From positions 1,057,796 to 1,121,795 of the forward strand of contig NW_027192192.1 of the NCBI RefSeq assembly GCF_041956535.1: a DNA stretch of 64,000 nt, written 5' to 3'. Under the pieces are notes generated by a model, which made no database searches, had not been told where the DNA came from, and saw only the letters and a list, made by a program, of their open reading frames with translations. The DNA comes from Calcarisporiella thermophila CBS 279.70. Lineage: Eukaryota; Fungi; Calcarisporiellomycota. The first letter of the stretch is position 1; every line of letters starts with the position of its first letter. A program made the position numbers and the translations under genes. This document shows positions 1 through 12,442 of this stretch, piece after piece.

Positions 1-2797
1 GGTCCATCAAAATTCGATTTGTGCAGCGTCAACCGAATTCAATAAGGTTAATGTTTCTCTTTTTCTCTTTCAATACATTGTCTAGGATTTTCTTAGAAGT
101 GAAAGAACAGGAGGAGGAAAAAAATAGGCAATTTGACGCATCCACCGTTAGAGGGACAAAAAATCTTTCGCCACATTACACGGCGAATAGACCTTGGTCA
201 TGCTGGAGCGGATTGCTAAGCTCGCAAACCAAGCTGCAGAAATTTTGTAAGAACTCTAATGGGTTCCCAAGATGGCTGACCCTCGCAACCGGAGGTCCGC
301 AAAGCTGGAGCTGGATCCCTCTTCCCTTCCCTCCCCAAGGGGGTCGAGGATGGAGAGATTCAGACTGAAGCTTGCCAAAGACTCTGGTGCAAGGGGGCTG
401 GGCAATACCTCCGGGCTGACCCCTCTAGGGAAACCCGTCCGCCAGCGCGAGTGAACCGGTTCCTGCTCGGAACTGGTTGGGAGAATTCCGCCTTCCCGAT
501 CTGTGTCTCGTTTGTTTGTATGTTTCAAAATTGAGATGGAGGATTTATTTACAGAAGAAGAGAAGTTTTGTGAATTGGGGCGTCACAGGCACACTTTTCC
601 AAGTTTAGTCAATGGCTTTGTATGAGGTTGAGATGGTACGTCAGCGCGGGGGAGTGGGGGAGGGAGACTTTCAGAGAGTCTTACAGGCTGTCACTTGAGC
701 CGCATCTGACGGCACCTAGATTTTCAAGTTGATGCACCAAGGCCGTTGGATAGTCCATGGTGGTCGTGTTCTGTGGAACTACTCTAGCCAAGGTAGAAAC
801 CTTGTTAAAGTGGTTTCAAGGTTTGGCGGGCTCGACACGGCTGAATTCTCCTCTTCACCAGGTTTAACATGGATGGCCCGCCTTTGCCGCATTCTTCGTG
901 ATTACGTTATGATGCAAGAGCGGTTTGTATTTGACAATGGAATTTACAAAAGGACTTTCTGTTCCCAATTCCTTTCCGCCCCGTGCAGCCTCCGCTTACA
1001 GCGCCATTTTGCGGCTGGCCGTATTCATGAATTTTAAAATGACGTGAACCTTAGCGGTTGCACACTTTTACGGAAATGTAGATGTCCAATTTTGTGCTTG
1101 GCCTCTTTGTGTGCGGATTCCTCTCTCAAAGGATAGGCCGCGCGATGTTGTCAAGCTCTCTGCGTTCTGGCCAAGGCTCAGATCAGTAGGACCTGTTCAC
1201 CAACCTAAATTCGGGGCCAAAAGATTCGCGAATGTTTAGGATCTGTTCATTTGGGGATGCGCCTCTCCCTATTGAACTGGGGTATGGCTGGGCTGGGAAG
1301 ATTTCCGCCCGGCCCAACCCCGCAGAGGATTTGCAAGACCGGTCTCCACTCTCTGCTCTACAGACGCCGTGAGGAGCCCGCCTCTTCAGAATAGCATAGG
1401 CCTTGAAAGGCGCCACCACCGTGGATGTGCTATGACGTTGCAAGGTCTGTTCCAAGGAGAGGTGTCTAGATGGGCCATCGTCTTCGGTGGTATTTCGGGG
1501 TTGGCCGCTCTCATTTTGCGTGTTGCAGTCTTCTTCCTCTTGGCGCCCATCCACGCGGGCAAAGGCCGCCCTCTCCCTGTGCGCAGGGTTTCCTTTGTTG
1601 CTGTGGTCGCAGCATGTCCGGCTTGGAAACGCCGTGAAGCCGGGCCGGCCAGGAGCAAAAGCGGCCGAAAGCTTGGGATCGGAAATGGCCTCGTTCGCGC
1701 CCCCTCCCTCCTCTCCCCCCATGCCCACGGAATCCTCCTTGGGCCCCCCGAGAGAGCGCGGGCTTTTCGGAGCATGCCCGAGCCACTGCCAGTGTTTTTT
1801 CGGCGGAATAGGCGAGGCCCAAATTGGGGTAGCCACGAGCACGGGGGCGCGGGAATCGACGGCCGAAGGCGGGAGGAGGAGGAGGCGGAGGAGGGGGAGA
1901 CGAGGGGCGGAAAAACGAAGATGCACAAGAAGAACACGGCGATCCAAGGCGGCACCGTGGGCGCACAGCTGGAGGGAGCCCCGCTGGCGAAGGATGGGGG
2001 TTTCGGAACGTATTTATGCGGTGCAAGCCTTTCTCCGTCCCGGTTGCAGCTCTCATTCCATGTGCATGCGAGGCCGCATAAATGGTGCTTGCTCTGTGCC
2101 TTCGCAAGCAGAGTTTGTACCCAGAGCTTGAGCTTCGGCGTAGCGGGGGCCCAGGGATTTCGGGCCAGAGCGATCATTGGGCGAGGCGCGGAGGGCCGCG
2201 CAAGAGCCAAAACAACAAAGCACGGCAGGGCAAACAAGATGGGCAAAACAAAACACGCAAACAAATAAACACCGGCGAACCTTAGCGCGGCCGCGCCTTG
2301 TCATTCGCGGGAGCGCGGATTCTTTTTGCCACTGCACCCCGAAGCGCGCCCGTTATTGCGCACCCAAGTATCTGGCTCGCAGCCCATGCACCCTCTTACA
2401 TAAATCTCGTCCACAATCCGGTTCTTTCAAGTTCAAGCTGCCTCGGGCCCGCGCCTATATATATTCCAGCACTATGGGATCCCTCCTCAGCTCCACACCC
2501 TTCTCCCCGCCCCCTTCTTCCTCTTCTTCTCCCGCCAACCCGGCCGCCCATACCCCCCCCCCCCAGCTTCTGGGCAAATGTCCGACTGAGCCTTGCCTGC
2601 TGCAGATAGAGCCCCTCCTTCTCTCTATCTCCTCGATCCCCTGTTGCTCTCGCACTCTCTGCCCCTGCTATTGTGTTCTCTCCAGCCTCTTCCACGGCTG
2701 TCTTCTTGTCTCGTGCTTAATTCTGTATTTATTCTCTTGCTCTCTCCTCGCCGTGTTCCCCTCTCCAGCCTCCCCCTGCCCTCCCCCCTCACAAGCT

Positions 2798-3498
2798 ATG
2801 GATCTTCGCAGCATCCTCAATTCCTCCGAAGAACAACCCGCCGTCGATGCCCGCCCCTATGTCTGCAACGCGGAGGGATGCACGCGCAGCTTCTCCCGAC
2901 GGTCGGACCTTGTTCGCCACAACCGCATTCACACGGTAAGTCGGAGCAGCCCGCTCCTTTCTAATTGGGTTCTGCAGAATGGAACACAGACTAACTCTGT
3001 GCTTTGCAGGGCGAGCGACCCTACCGGTGTGAGTGGCCCAACTGTGGCAAGCAGTTTATTCAGCGCAGCGCCCTGACCGTACACCTGCGGACGCACACGG
3101 GCGAGCGGCCCCACGCCTGCGAGTGGCAAGGATGCGGCCGCGCGTTTTCCGACTCCTCGTCGCTGGCTCGCCACCGTCGCATCCACACCGGCAAGCGCCC
3201 CTACGCTTGCCTGTATCCCAACTGTAACAAAAGCTTCACGCGCCGCACAACCCTGACGCGCCACCAGCGGTGCCATGAGCCGCAGTGGCAGGGGAGAAGG
3301 CGCAGCTCCGACGCGGAGTCGGTTTCGTCCGCCGTCTCGTCCGAGCCCCCCTCCCCAAGGGACCCGCAGTTTGCCGTGGCCGTGCTCGAAGAGTGCAGGC
3401 TGGAGTCCTCGCCGGAGGAGCTCCCCCGGGGCCCGGCCATCCTCTCGCAGACCAACTTGGGCTGGTATCCACTGCATGGCAACGGGTATTGCTTTTAG
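2798..3498 (+). CDS. C2H2 zinc-finger transcription factor with four tandem fingers
   Basis: Exons 2798-2935 and 3010-3498, with GTAAG..CAG intron 2936-3009. The spliced protein has 4 CxxxxC..H..H fingers joined by TGERP/TGKRP linkers (FSRRSDLVRH, FIQRSALTVH, FSDSSSLARH, FTRRTTLTRH). TATA-like TATATATA at ~2456. Confidence 0.93.
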
Positions 3499-4087
3499 GG
3501 TGGAGAGCGTGTTTTTATTTCTCTTTTTTTTTTTCTGTGTAAATAATCCCCCATTCATCTCTATATCCATTACTCGTTTCTTGTAATGAATATAGTTTGC
3601 TTTTTCTTCTTCTTCTTTTCTTCTTCCACCCAGGCCTTTGTTTCGTAGTATTATTGGTTTGACTCGTTACCCAAGTTTGTTGTGAGTTTGGTCACTTTCT
3701 TTTTTTATGCTAGTATGTTATCCTATTGAATCTAATACCCCCTCTCAATCCCACCTTGTTTCTCAATCATCTTAATGGCTTGCATTGATTCTCACCAGGC
3801 TTTGAGAAAATTCAATAAAGTATACCACCTTTGTCTAAGTACTTTGCATGCGTGCTTCTTTTTTTACTTGTCAAATGCTATGGAGGATAAGATTTACTCA
3901 CTCGCCCCCCTCCCCCCCTATCCCACTCCATTCTGTGCCATATCCTTATTGAGGTTTAGCGAGGAAGACGGTGGGTTTGAGTTTATGGAGAAGAGAAAAG
4001 ACTGCAGCCACCTACATGCACGGATTGTTTATTCGTATTCAACATTCAAGCCATCCTAACCATACAAGAATACAGCCCCCCACTCGT

Positions 4088-4600
4088 TTAGTGCTTATCG
4101 CCCATCCCGAGGGCATCCTTGGCCTTGTCCATGATGCCTTTGCCCTGGTCATGCGTCTGATCGTGGGCTCCTCGACCGGTGTCGGCGACCTGCTGGCCCG
4201 TGCTCTTTTGCGAGTCGGGCACGATGCGGGAGGCCAGGCGGTCCGCACCGCCGCTGATGTTCTCCGACGCACGCTCCGTGGTGGATTTTTGACTGTCGGG
4301 TTTCACGGCCTAAGCTCCGGGTGGAAGGAAGGGAGAGAACGAGGGAGAAGGGGGGAGAGATGAGAGGCGTGAATCTTTGCGCGGTCACAAAAAAATTCGT
4401 GGAATCATTACCTCCTTGGCACGAGTAGTAAAGTCCTCTAAAAGAGGGAAGAGAAAAACGAAAATGCGGGTTGTTAATAAACTGCACATCTTCTACTCTA
4501 CCTCGCCCATGGGTGCCCCCCTCTCCTCTCCTTGCACCCCTTGGGGCGGGAGGCGGGTAGAGGAAACACGTTACTTACTTCGTCCAGTATCTGCGCACAT
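4088..4600 (-). CDS. HSP12: Heat-shock protein 9/12 (Hsp12 family, LEA-like)
   Basis: Exons 4600-4579 (22 nt), 4437-4412 (26 nt) and 4309-4088 splice in frame to MCADTGRKDFTTRAKEAVKPDSQKSTTE..., matching the Hsp12 N-terminal signature DxGRK..KPDSQKS. Confidence 0.9.
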
Positions 4601-4668
4601 ATTAATTGAATTCTTTGTTGTTATTGCTCGACGATGCTTATCTCCAGATCGGGGAGGAAGTTGCGGAT

Positions 4669-4676
4669 CTTTTATA
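4669..4676 (-). promoter_or_regulatory. TATA box of HSP12
   Basis: TATAAAAG on the minus strand, ~70 nt upstream of the ATG at 4600. Confidence 0.65.
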
Positions 4677-5138
4677 GAGGCCTCAAGGGCGTATTGGGTT
4701 GACTTTTTCGCCAGGAAAGGGTCGCCACGGCGTAAGGTTGCGAAATGCCTCGAGAATCATTCCTATTCCTTTGACGCTTGCATATATTAGGAAATCGCCC
4801 GATTTGGACAAATCTCCCCGGATGCCTAACTCCTTCCTCTGCCATCCTCCCCACTGGGCGGAAAGGGCATGAGCCCTTGGAAGCCACGCCCATCACAGAG
4901 GTGATCTTATCACAGAATTTCCGTCGCCACACGATATGGCTCCTCTTACCAAGGAGCATATTAAAGAATGGGTCGAAGTCGGTAATCTTCCTATTACCCT
5001 TTGCACATCCCTTATCTCTCAGAGGAAAAACTCGATATAATATCGGAAAACGAGACTTTATTTCATTTTTTCTTCCTTGTTTATTCTGTGCAATGCTTAT
5101 ATATACACCTAGCTCATGGCTCGTGTCCATCTCCTCCC

Positions 5139-5522
5139 CTAATAGCCCGACTTGGGCCCCCCCCCGCCCCCTAATCGTCCTTGGACTTCTTTCGAGTCTT
5201 GGACCATGTCTCGTGAATCCCATCCCTGGAGCGTATCCGCAGCATGGATGCTCTCCTCCCTCCCCTCTAACCCAAACCGACCCACTTCCTCTGCTTGCTC
5301 TTCCCTCGAGAGCTGGCCCGAGCGCTCGCGTGGTGCGTCGCCTTTCAGTGCATACATGCCCGCCTGAGGGTTGACATGCTTATTGCCTTCGACGCGCTTT
5401 TGCGACTTTGAGGCCGGGTTTTGCAGGGTTTGCGCGTCCTGCAGCGCCTGAGCGTGGTACTGTCCGCTCGAGGGGGCATTTCCGCGCGGCTCCGTAGAGG
5501 TGCTGAACTGGTTCGAGGACAT
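5139..5522 (-). CDS. Small hydrophilic (hydrophilin-like) protein of unknown function
   Basis: 127-aa ATG-initiated single-exon ORF, rich in G/Q/S/E with no Cys. Co-oriented with and next to HSP12. Confidence 0.65.
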   Translation of the reverse strand: MSSNQFSTSTEPRGNAPSSGQYHAQALQDAQTLQNPASKSQKRVEGNKHVNPQAGMYALKGDAPRERSGQLSREEQAEEVGRFGLEGREESIHAADTLQGWDSRDMVQDSKEVQGRLGGGGGPKSGY

Positions 5523-6257
5523 AGCTTAAGAAGGCTGCTTTCAAGGCGGTGGTGAATAAAGGTCGTCAGAATAATGAGCTTTGACTAGGGAAACAACAGA
5601 GCGATAGGAGTGAGGAGGGGTCGCCTTTCTTAAAAATGTCGCAGCGGGCGTCAGAGGGGGAGGAACAAACTGGGAGGATTTGTTTCGAGAATGCCAAATT
5701 GGGTAAAGTTTCCATACTAGAATGAGAAAAGCCTGATGGGTCTCTTTTCTAGCTCGGTTGGGAAAACAAGTTTTTATCACCAACCCTGCCGAGGGGAAGA
5801 GGGAAGAAGAACATCAGGCAGGGATGGGCCCCTTTCCACTCTCATTGTCTTGCCGAGAGCGATGTGCGATAAGACTAGGGAAATTTTATTTCTTCGCTCC
5901 TATTTTTTTTTTTAAACTTTATACATAAGAACAGCGTATTGGACATATAACAATACTATACGAGAATAAAAATAAATCAAAAAAGGGGGGGGGGGGCTTC
6001 CGGATTGTTATATGAGGGCGAGGGGGGGAAGAAGAACGAAGGAAAACTTAGCTCACAGACATTTGACAGCTAGAACACACTTCAAGAAGGAGAGCGCAGA
6101 AATACAGGCGAAAGAAGCGAAGCGAAGAAACATGGATATACAATCAGCATAATGGAGGGGGAAAAAAAACTTATAACAACGAGGCGCATATAGGAGGGGC
6201 AAGGAAATGATGGGGCGGACATTTCATTAACGCTGAGAAGCGGGCCGAGCACCAGCA

Positions 6258-8930
6258 CTACAGCTCGCTTTCAAGGGCCCGCATCACCTCGTCCATCCTC
6301 TCGTCCACGCTCATGGCGGCCTGCATTCGGGCCATTTCCTCAAGCAACCCGTGCAACGAGAACTCGTTCGCATAATACACGGACGTCGACCCGCGACGTA
6401 GGCGTTGCGGACTACGCATGGGCACGGGCGGCCTTTCGCTCGTTTCGACGTCTCCTTCTCCCTCTGCTTGCTTCTGCATCTCTATCTGAGCGCGGCGGGT
6501 CAAATTCTCAATCAGGGTGAGCACCGCTCTGCTCTCCTCCTCAGCCGGGTCACTCTCGTCGTGCCCCAGGGAGCCGTGAGGGGGGAGCAGGTTGAAGTTC
6601 AGCTCCCCACTGAGAGGGTCGGCGTCAGGGCCGATCGTGTTCCACACCACACGGCCATCGCTCAACTCCACCACCTCCACCCCCTCAAAATCAAAGCTGC
6701 CCTCCTCTAGTTCAGGCGGCTGCTCCTCCTCGTGCTCCGGCTCCTCCTCATCCATGCTCGCTTCGTCCTCTTGGTACAGATCGTAAATGCTTGCTCCGTA
6801 GCAACTGACGACTCGATCCTCCACCCCTTCTCTCGCTTGCAGGCTGTCCACTCGGACCTGCTGCTCCACATCCCCCATCTCCTCCTCTTTCTCCGCCACT
6901 TCTGCGTGGCTCCACGCCTCCACTTCCTCCTTCTTCTTCTCCTCCTCTTCCTCTTCCTCTTCCTCCCCCTCTTCTCCTCCATTCGCCACCACCAACCTAC
7001 CGCCTCCATCCCCTCCATAGATTTCGGTTGTCGCCGACACCACATTAGGCGAGACACCCTCCCCAACACTGGCCGTCTTATCGTCCGGACGCATGACCAG
7101 GTGCCTCCACCCGGCCACAATCCGGCGAAGGGAACTTTGCCGCAACGAGAATCGAGACGGTTTTTTGGTGATCGGCTGCTTGTTCGAGGTGGGGGTCCCG
7201 GGAGAGGTGGAGGGCAGCACAGGGGATCGCGTGAGGATGATGGTTTTACGGACGACGGAAGGTTTTCGGTCGTGCGACCGCAGAGGGCCCCATTTTGCTG
7301 GGGACATCGTGGCAGGGCCACGGGGGGAGGTGGGGGGAGTGAGCGAGGGTGGGTCCATCGTCTCTGGCTGAGTCTTGAGTTCGAGGGGAGGAGCCACTGG
7401 CTTCTTAGGATGCTCCGAGGACGCCCCATCGCCGCGCTCTGAGCGAGTCGACCTCTGGGTCTCCGAACGCCTCAGCGAGACAGGGTTGGACAGGTTGGAA
7501 GCGGTGGAGTCCCCACGGAACAGGCGCGCCTTGCGGCGGTCGATGTTCTCCGTTGGGCTCGTCGGGAGCCGGGTGCTTCGGGAAGAGGGCGGGGGTGACA
7601 ATGGCGGAGACATGGGGCGATGCTGCCGGAGCGCTTCGCACGACGCTGACTTGCCCACTCCCCGGAACGAAAAACCAGGGTCCCGCGTGGGCGAGGTTGG
7701 GGTTTTGAGGGAGGAGGGCTCGCCCTCCACCACGCTTGCATACACATAATCGGACTGTCGGTGCCATTGGCGTTTCCCCGACATCCACCGGCTAAACAGC
7801 CCCTTCTCCTCGCCGCCCTCCATCTCCTCACTCGACCGCGACGAAATGCTGTGCACCAGGCTGCGTTTAAAGCGGCGCAGTTGGCGCTGGATTTCGCCCT
7901 GGCTCTTGGGAGTCTGCGGCTTGGGAGCGCGCCAGAGGCTATCGTCCTCCGGGCAGATGGGGACGGTGGGGATGTTGCAGGAGGTGGAGAGAAGGAGGGG
8001 GGCCGAGATGTCCTTTGGGCGGATGCGCTTGGCCTTGCTGTTTCGGCGGGGCAGGCGGTGTGTTTGCGGTTGTAGCTCTTGGAACTGTTGGAGCTTTTGC
8101 TGCGCGAGTTGGTGCTTCACGATCTGCTCCTGCCACCGTTGATACGAGAGAACTTCCTTCCTCTGTTCCTAGATGGGGAAGAATCGGCACATGGTTATAG
8201 CGACTGAGAGAAATTAGGCCACATTGGCATCACTTACCCGATCGATTGGATCGAGATCACTCGGGGATCCTCCAAGTGCATTCTCCTCGCTGTCACCGGA
8301 GTACCCTTCCTCTTCGAACTTGCCCCGCTCCCCCGCGCGGTGGTACAGCTGATTCTGGGCCATCTGCAGGAGCCGGGCCTGAAGGGCGATATCGGCATGG
8401 CCCGTCGCCTCCAGAGCCGTCGAAAAGTTGTCGTGGTGGGGCCCGCCTCCGACTTCGGACGGATGGTAGCCGGGGAAAGCGCCCTTCCCGTAGCCAGGGG
8501 GAGAGTGCGACGTGGGCGTGGTGACGGAGCTGTGCGAGGAGGACGAGGACGTTGTGCTGTTGAAGGAGGTGGCTGAGGACGAGTTGTATCTCGACAGGGT
8601 CGTGATCTTGGGCGGGTATTCGATCGATGGATGCTTCGCCTTCGGCTCCTCGTCGAGCACTTGCTTCCACTCCTCGTCTCGGAGGATTGAGAATCGATCC
8701 TGCAGCGCAGGCAGGAGAGGCGAGGGTGCTTCCGAGAATGCGAACTGCTCCTTGGTCGGCGAGACTTGCGCTTCGATAAGGGCACGCTGCGCTCGGCGGG
8801 AGATGGCCTCCAGCTCCTCCTTGGGCAGTCGCTTGGGCGGCTTGCGAGAAACCCGGACGGAGGAGCGGTGGATGGGGGCGTCGGCCCTGGGGGGGACCGA
8901 GTGGGTCGAGGACTGGATGGCGGCCATCAT
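6258..8930 (-). CDS. Uncharacterised ~867-aa low-complexity (Ser/Pro/Glu-rich) protein
   Basis: Exons 8930-8238 and 8168-6258 are joined in frame by phase-0 intron GTAAGT..CTAG (8237-8169). Contains KDISAPLLLST and an acidic tract. Confidence 0.85.
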
Positions 8931-10178
8931 GCGGAAAGTGAAATCAGGATTGGTTCAGACTGAGGATCACACCCCTTGATATATGGTTCGGAATAAGCGC
9001 GAGGGCAAAACCAGCTGCCGGATATAGGGCGAGAAGATTCAAGCCAGCGAGAGGAGAGGAGCCAGCCCCTTCACCACTCGAGATGGTACCGAAATGACAG
9101 GGATGGCGCGAGGCCCGGGAAGAAGCGGGAGATGGAGAGATGGCTGCGGAATGCGCACCAGGCGGCAAGATTCACGCTAACGCGCTAGTAACCCTCGGGG
9201 GGAGTAGGCGAATTCCTCCGGTATCTTGGTTCCCTTGCTTGAGCCGTTCAACGGACCGCAGGGAAGGGCGAGAGAGGAGATTCACAGGGCGCTCGAAGGT
9301 TGCGAACCAGAAGGATCAGAGAGAGAATGGAAAAAAACCTGGACGCTGCGAGGGGCGGCCACAGGCTATCGGTTGAGGAAATCCAATATTTCCCAAACTT
9401 TGTGCGATGTGCCTCTGCCACGCGAGACTTCATTGGCCTGTGATTTAAACTCATAATTGCTTTAAACAATCTGTTGCTGTGCGCCAGATGCACGACGGCG
9501 CTCGCGTCTGTTCGCCCTTGGTCCCCGCCCTCTCTCCGTGCGTTTCCCCGCCTCTCCTTGCTGCGCTCGCGTCGTCCCTCTGCGTCGCCGTGCTTTTGAG
9601 AGAGCGAGTCCACGGTGGAGCCCGCCGGGCTGCTCTTGGCCTGCCCAGAGCTGGGTTACACTGCTTCACCCATTTTTTCTGTTCCGGAAAACAGAAACCT
9701 TTTGCGTGCCTTCAGACGATCTGAATGGCCCCCGGCATCAATGAGAGGGAGAGAAAAACTTCGCGACGGAAAACCTCTCCAAAGGCGTCGAGGGTGAGTT
9801 TATAACCAATATCAGGTTCCAACGAGAAAAAAAAAAGGTACATGTTGTAAATGTAGCAAACGGGCTATTCAGTCGAGAGAAGGAAACAAAGCATCGTGGG
9901 GAATGATGTAGAGGAGGAGAGAGGTACATAGAAAATAATATATAATTGTATATATATATATATTTGAATACAGGGCAACACATGATATAAATGAAGAAAA
10001 ATTAACCAGAAAGGGGGGAAAGGGGGGGGGGGGGAAATATGGTTTAAATACGGGAAATTCGTTTGGAAAAGAAATGCAAAACGACGGGGAAAAAAAAAAG
10101 ATGTTTTGGAATAGGAAATAAACCAAATGCAATATCTTGCTCCCTTTTTTTTTCCTTACACACCTTCATCAGTTTGCA

Positions 10179-11634
10179 TCAAACCACGTGCTCTTCCCGA
10201 CCCTCCTCCTCTTGCTCCACCCGGATCACCTCCACTATGGGCTCCTTGATATCGGAGGAGGGCATCGCCTGGTGCTCCTCGTGCGGGGGAGGGGGAGTCG
10301 AGGGGAGCGAGGGGTCGGGGATGGCGGTGGGCGAGGAGTAGCTGTAGACTTGATCCTCTTGGGCTTGGATCCGGTGGGACTCGGTGGTGCCCGGTATTGA
10401 TATGGCCTCTGCAACTCCAATGACGGAGGTTGTTGTTGTAGCTACTGCTGCTGCCGCCGCCGCCACCGCCGCCGCCGAGTCATCCTCCGCCACGGGACTC
10501 TGAACCAATGGGGGACTCTCGCGCGGAGTGGGTGGGGTTTGCTGTTCGACCTGGCCTTGGTGCTCGCGTTGCTCCATTTCAAGTAGGCTCAGGCGTATGG
10601 CCTCCATCACCATCAGCTCTTCCAAATCGACTCCCGCGTTGCGCATGGCAGAAAGATACCTCGAGTCGGCAGCGGCCGAAGAGTTGGAGCGGGAGGTACG
10701 GCGGTCGGAATGGCCGGCGCGTAGGCTGACAACGTGCAGAGGACTGGTATGGGAGGACGCGGATCCGCTTCGGGAGCGAGAGCCGCGGGATGTGCGGTTG
10801 AAGAGGTGCTCGTGGGTCTCAGGCCGAATTTGATCTAGAGTCGAGCCGTCATTAAGCAATGCAAGGTAAGGCGCCAGGGAGGAGTGCTAGGGACATACCT
10901 GTCGTGATGACTTCCGGGCTCGCGGGATCTACACTTTTCCACTTGCCATCGCATGCCTTCAAGACCGACTTCTAGTGCCGAGCGGAGTAAAAGCGGATGA
11001 GTAAGCAGCGGAAAGATGGGAGGCAAACTACACTTACTCCTGATTGATATGCTTGGACGAGGGCGGGCAAGTCGGGGGATTGATAGCACACCCCGAAATT
11101 CTCCACCACACAGAATGGGCAAGAGGCCGGCGATCCATCTTGGCCGCGCTTAATTTGCACAAAGCATTCTGCATTATGAAAAACAGAGCTAGGAATTAGA
11201 GGAATATGCAATGCGGGGCATCGCCTCCGATGATCCATTACCAGTACAGATGGGCTGGCCACAACACCGCGATTTGTTCAAATTGGGCGGGTAATACTAC
11301 AAAGAAGCAAGTGCCATGTGAGAGGCTGGCCGGGGGTCGAGAATTCGAATGCAGCATTTACCAAGAAGCATATAGGGCATTCTACCGCCTCCTTATACAG
11401 CACCCGTTCCATTAGCTCCGGAAACCGGCTCCGGCAGTCCTTGTGTAGATCGGCACGCTCTAATTGCTCGAGGTCGGGCAGGCCTTTGTAGAAGGGGGCA
11501 AGGCGCCGCTCTTGAATGAGCTTGCGCACAACCCGGTAGTCGTAGGTGGGAGGCCCCGGGTAGACCCCGTGCGGAAAGAGAGAGCCCCCATCGATGAGCT
11601 TATCGGATTTCTCTCGTCCTAGCGATTGGCCCAT
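10179..11634 (-). CDS. SIP5: Sip5-like protein (Snf1/Reg1 interactor, RING-like Cys-rich domain)
   Basis: MGQSLG N-terminus, IDGGSLFPHGVY, RRLAPFYKG, ECPICFLYYP..SRCCGQPICTECFVQIKR, CPFC, and C-terminal DLEELMVMEAIRLSL. Four GT-AG introns. Confidence 0.9.
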
Positions 11635-12442
11635 GCTTGCAGTGGTGTATGGCCCCTACTTACCAGTGGAGATGCGTTAGAGCGGGGATGGATTCTCGAA
11701 AGCGAGGAGGAAGAGGAGGAGCGGCGAGAAGAATGCAAAAAAAAAACAGGCAGCTGAAAGGATGGCAAGCCTCCCTCCCCAAGTCAAAAAGCGGATATGG
11801 AGGAGAAAAGGGAATAGAGCACACCAGTCGGTCAAACGCCTTCAATCCTAGGCCTATGGCGCCACTTGAAATAATACAAAGTTTGGATGGGAGAAAAAAA
11901 AAATAAGAGGGCGGTTTTCCTTGGAAGTTTCTTTCTGCTCGGCTGCAAAAAGGTTTTACACGCGGCCTAGCGCTTCCCCTCGCGGCGGTTTCGTTTTATT
12001 TCGAGCCCTTCTCTCCCGCCATTTCTCCTGTTCCTTATCATGCTCTTATCTTCGGCCGAATGCCAGCAGATTTGTCATAGTGAACAAAGAAACATGACAC
12101 CCTCCCCAAAATCAACCACTCAAAAACGGCCCCCATGTTCCAATTGTTTGCCTAGATTTGGTAAGTCGCGTTTTATGAGAAGAGAGAGAAATAACGATAT
12201 TTCCCGCTTGCAGAAAAATTCACAACACAATAGAAAATAATAATAATAAAGAACATCTAGAGCGCCATTCTCCCAAGAAAAGAAAAAAAAAGTTATGAAA
12301 AATGAAGAGGAAAATAAGAATACTCGGCGTCCTCCGTTTTTCAACCCGAGCCAGATACTACCACGTCCGATTTTTTTTTTCATCTTCTGGGGGCCTCCTC
12401 CCCCCCTCCCTCCCTCCCTCCCTCTCCTCCCTCCCCCGAGCA

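Noticed and set aside
1-1180. Short ORFs at the window start
   Set aside because: No recognisable domain, coherent splice model or coding signature.
2177-2797. Long in-frame N-terminal extension of the C2H2 gene (ATG at 2474)
   Set aside because: That ATG is ~10 nt from the TATA-like box, so it probably lies upstream of the transcription start. The sequence is a pyrimidine-rich leader.
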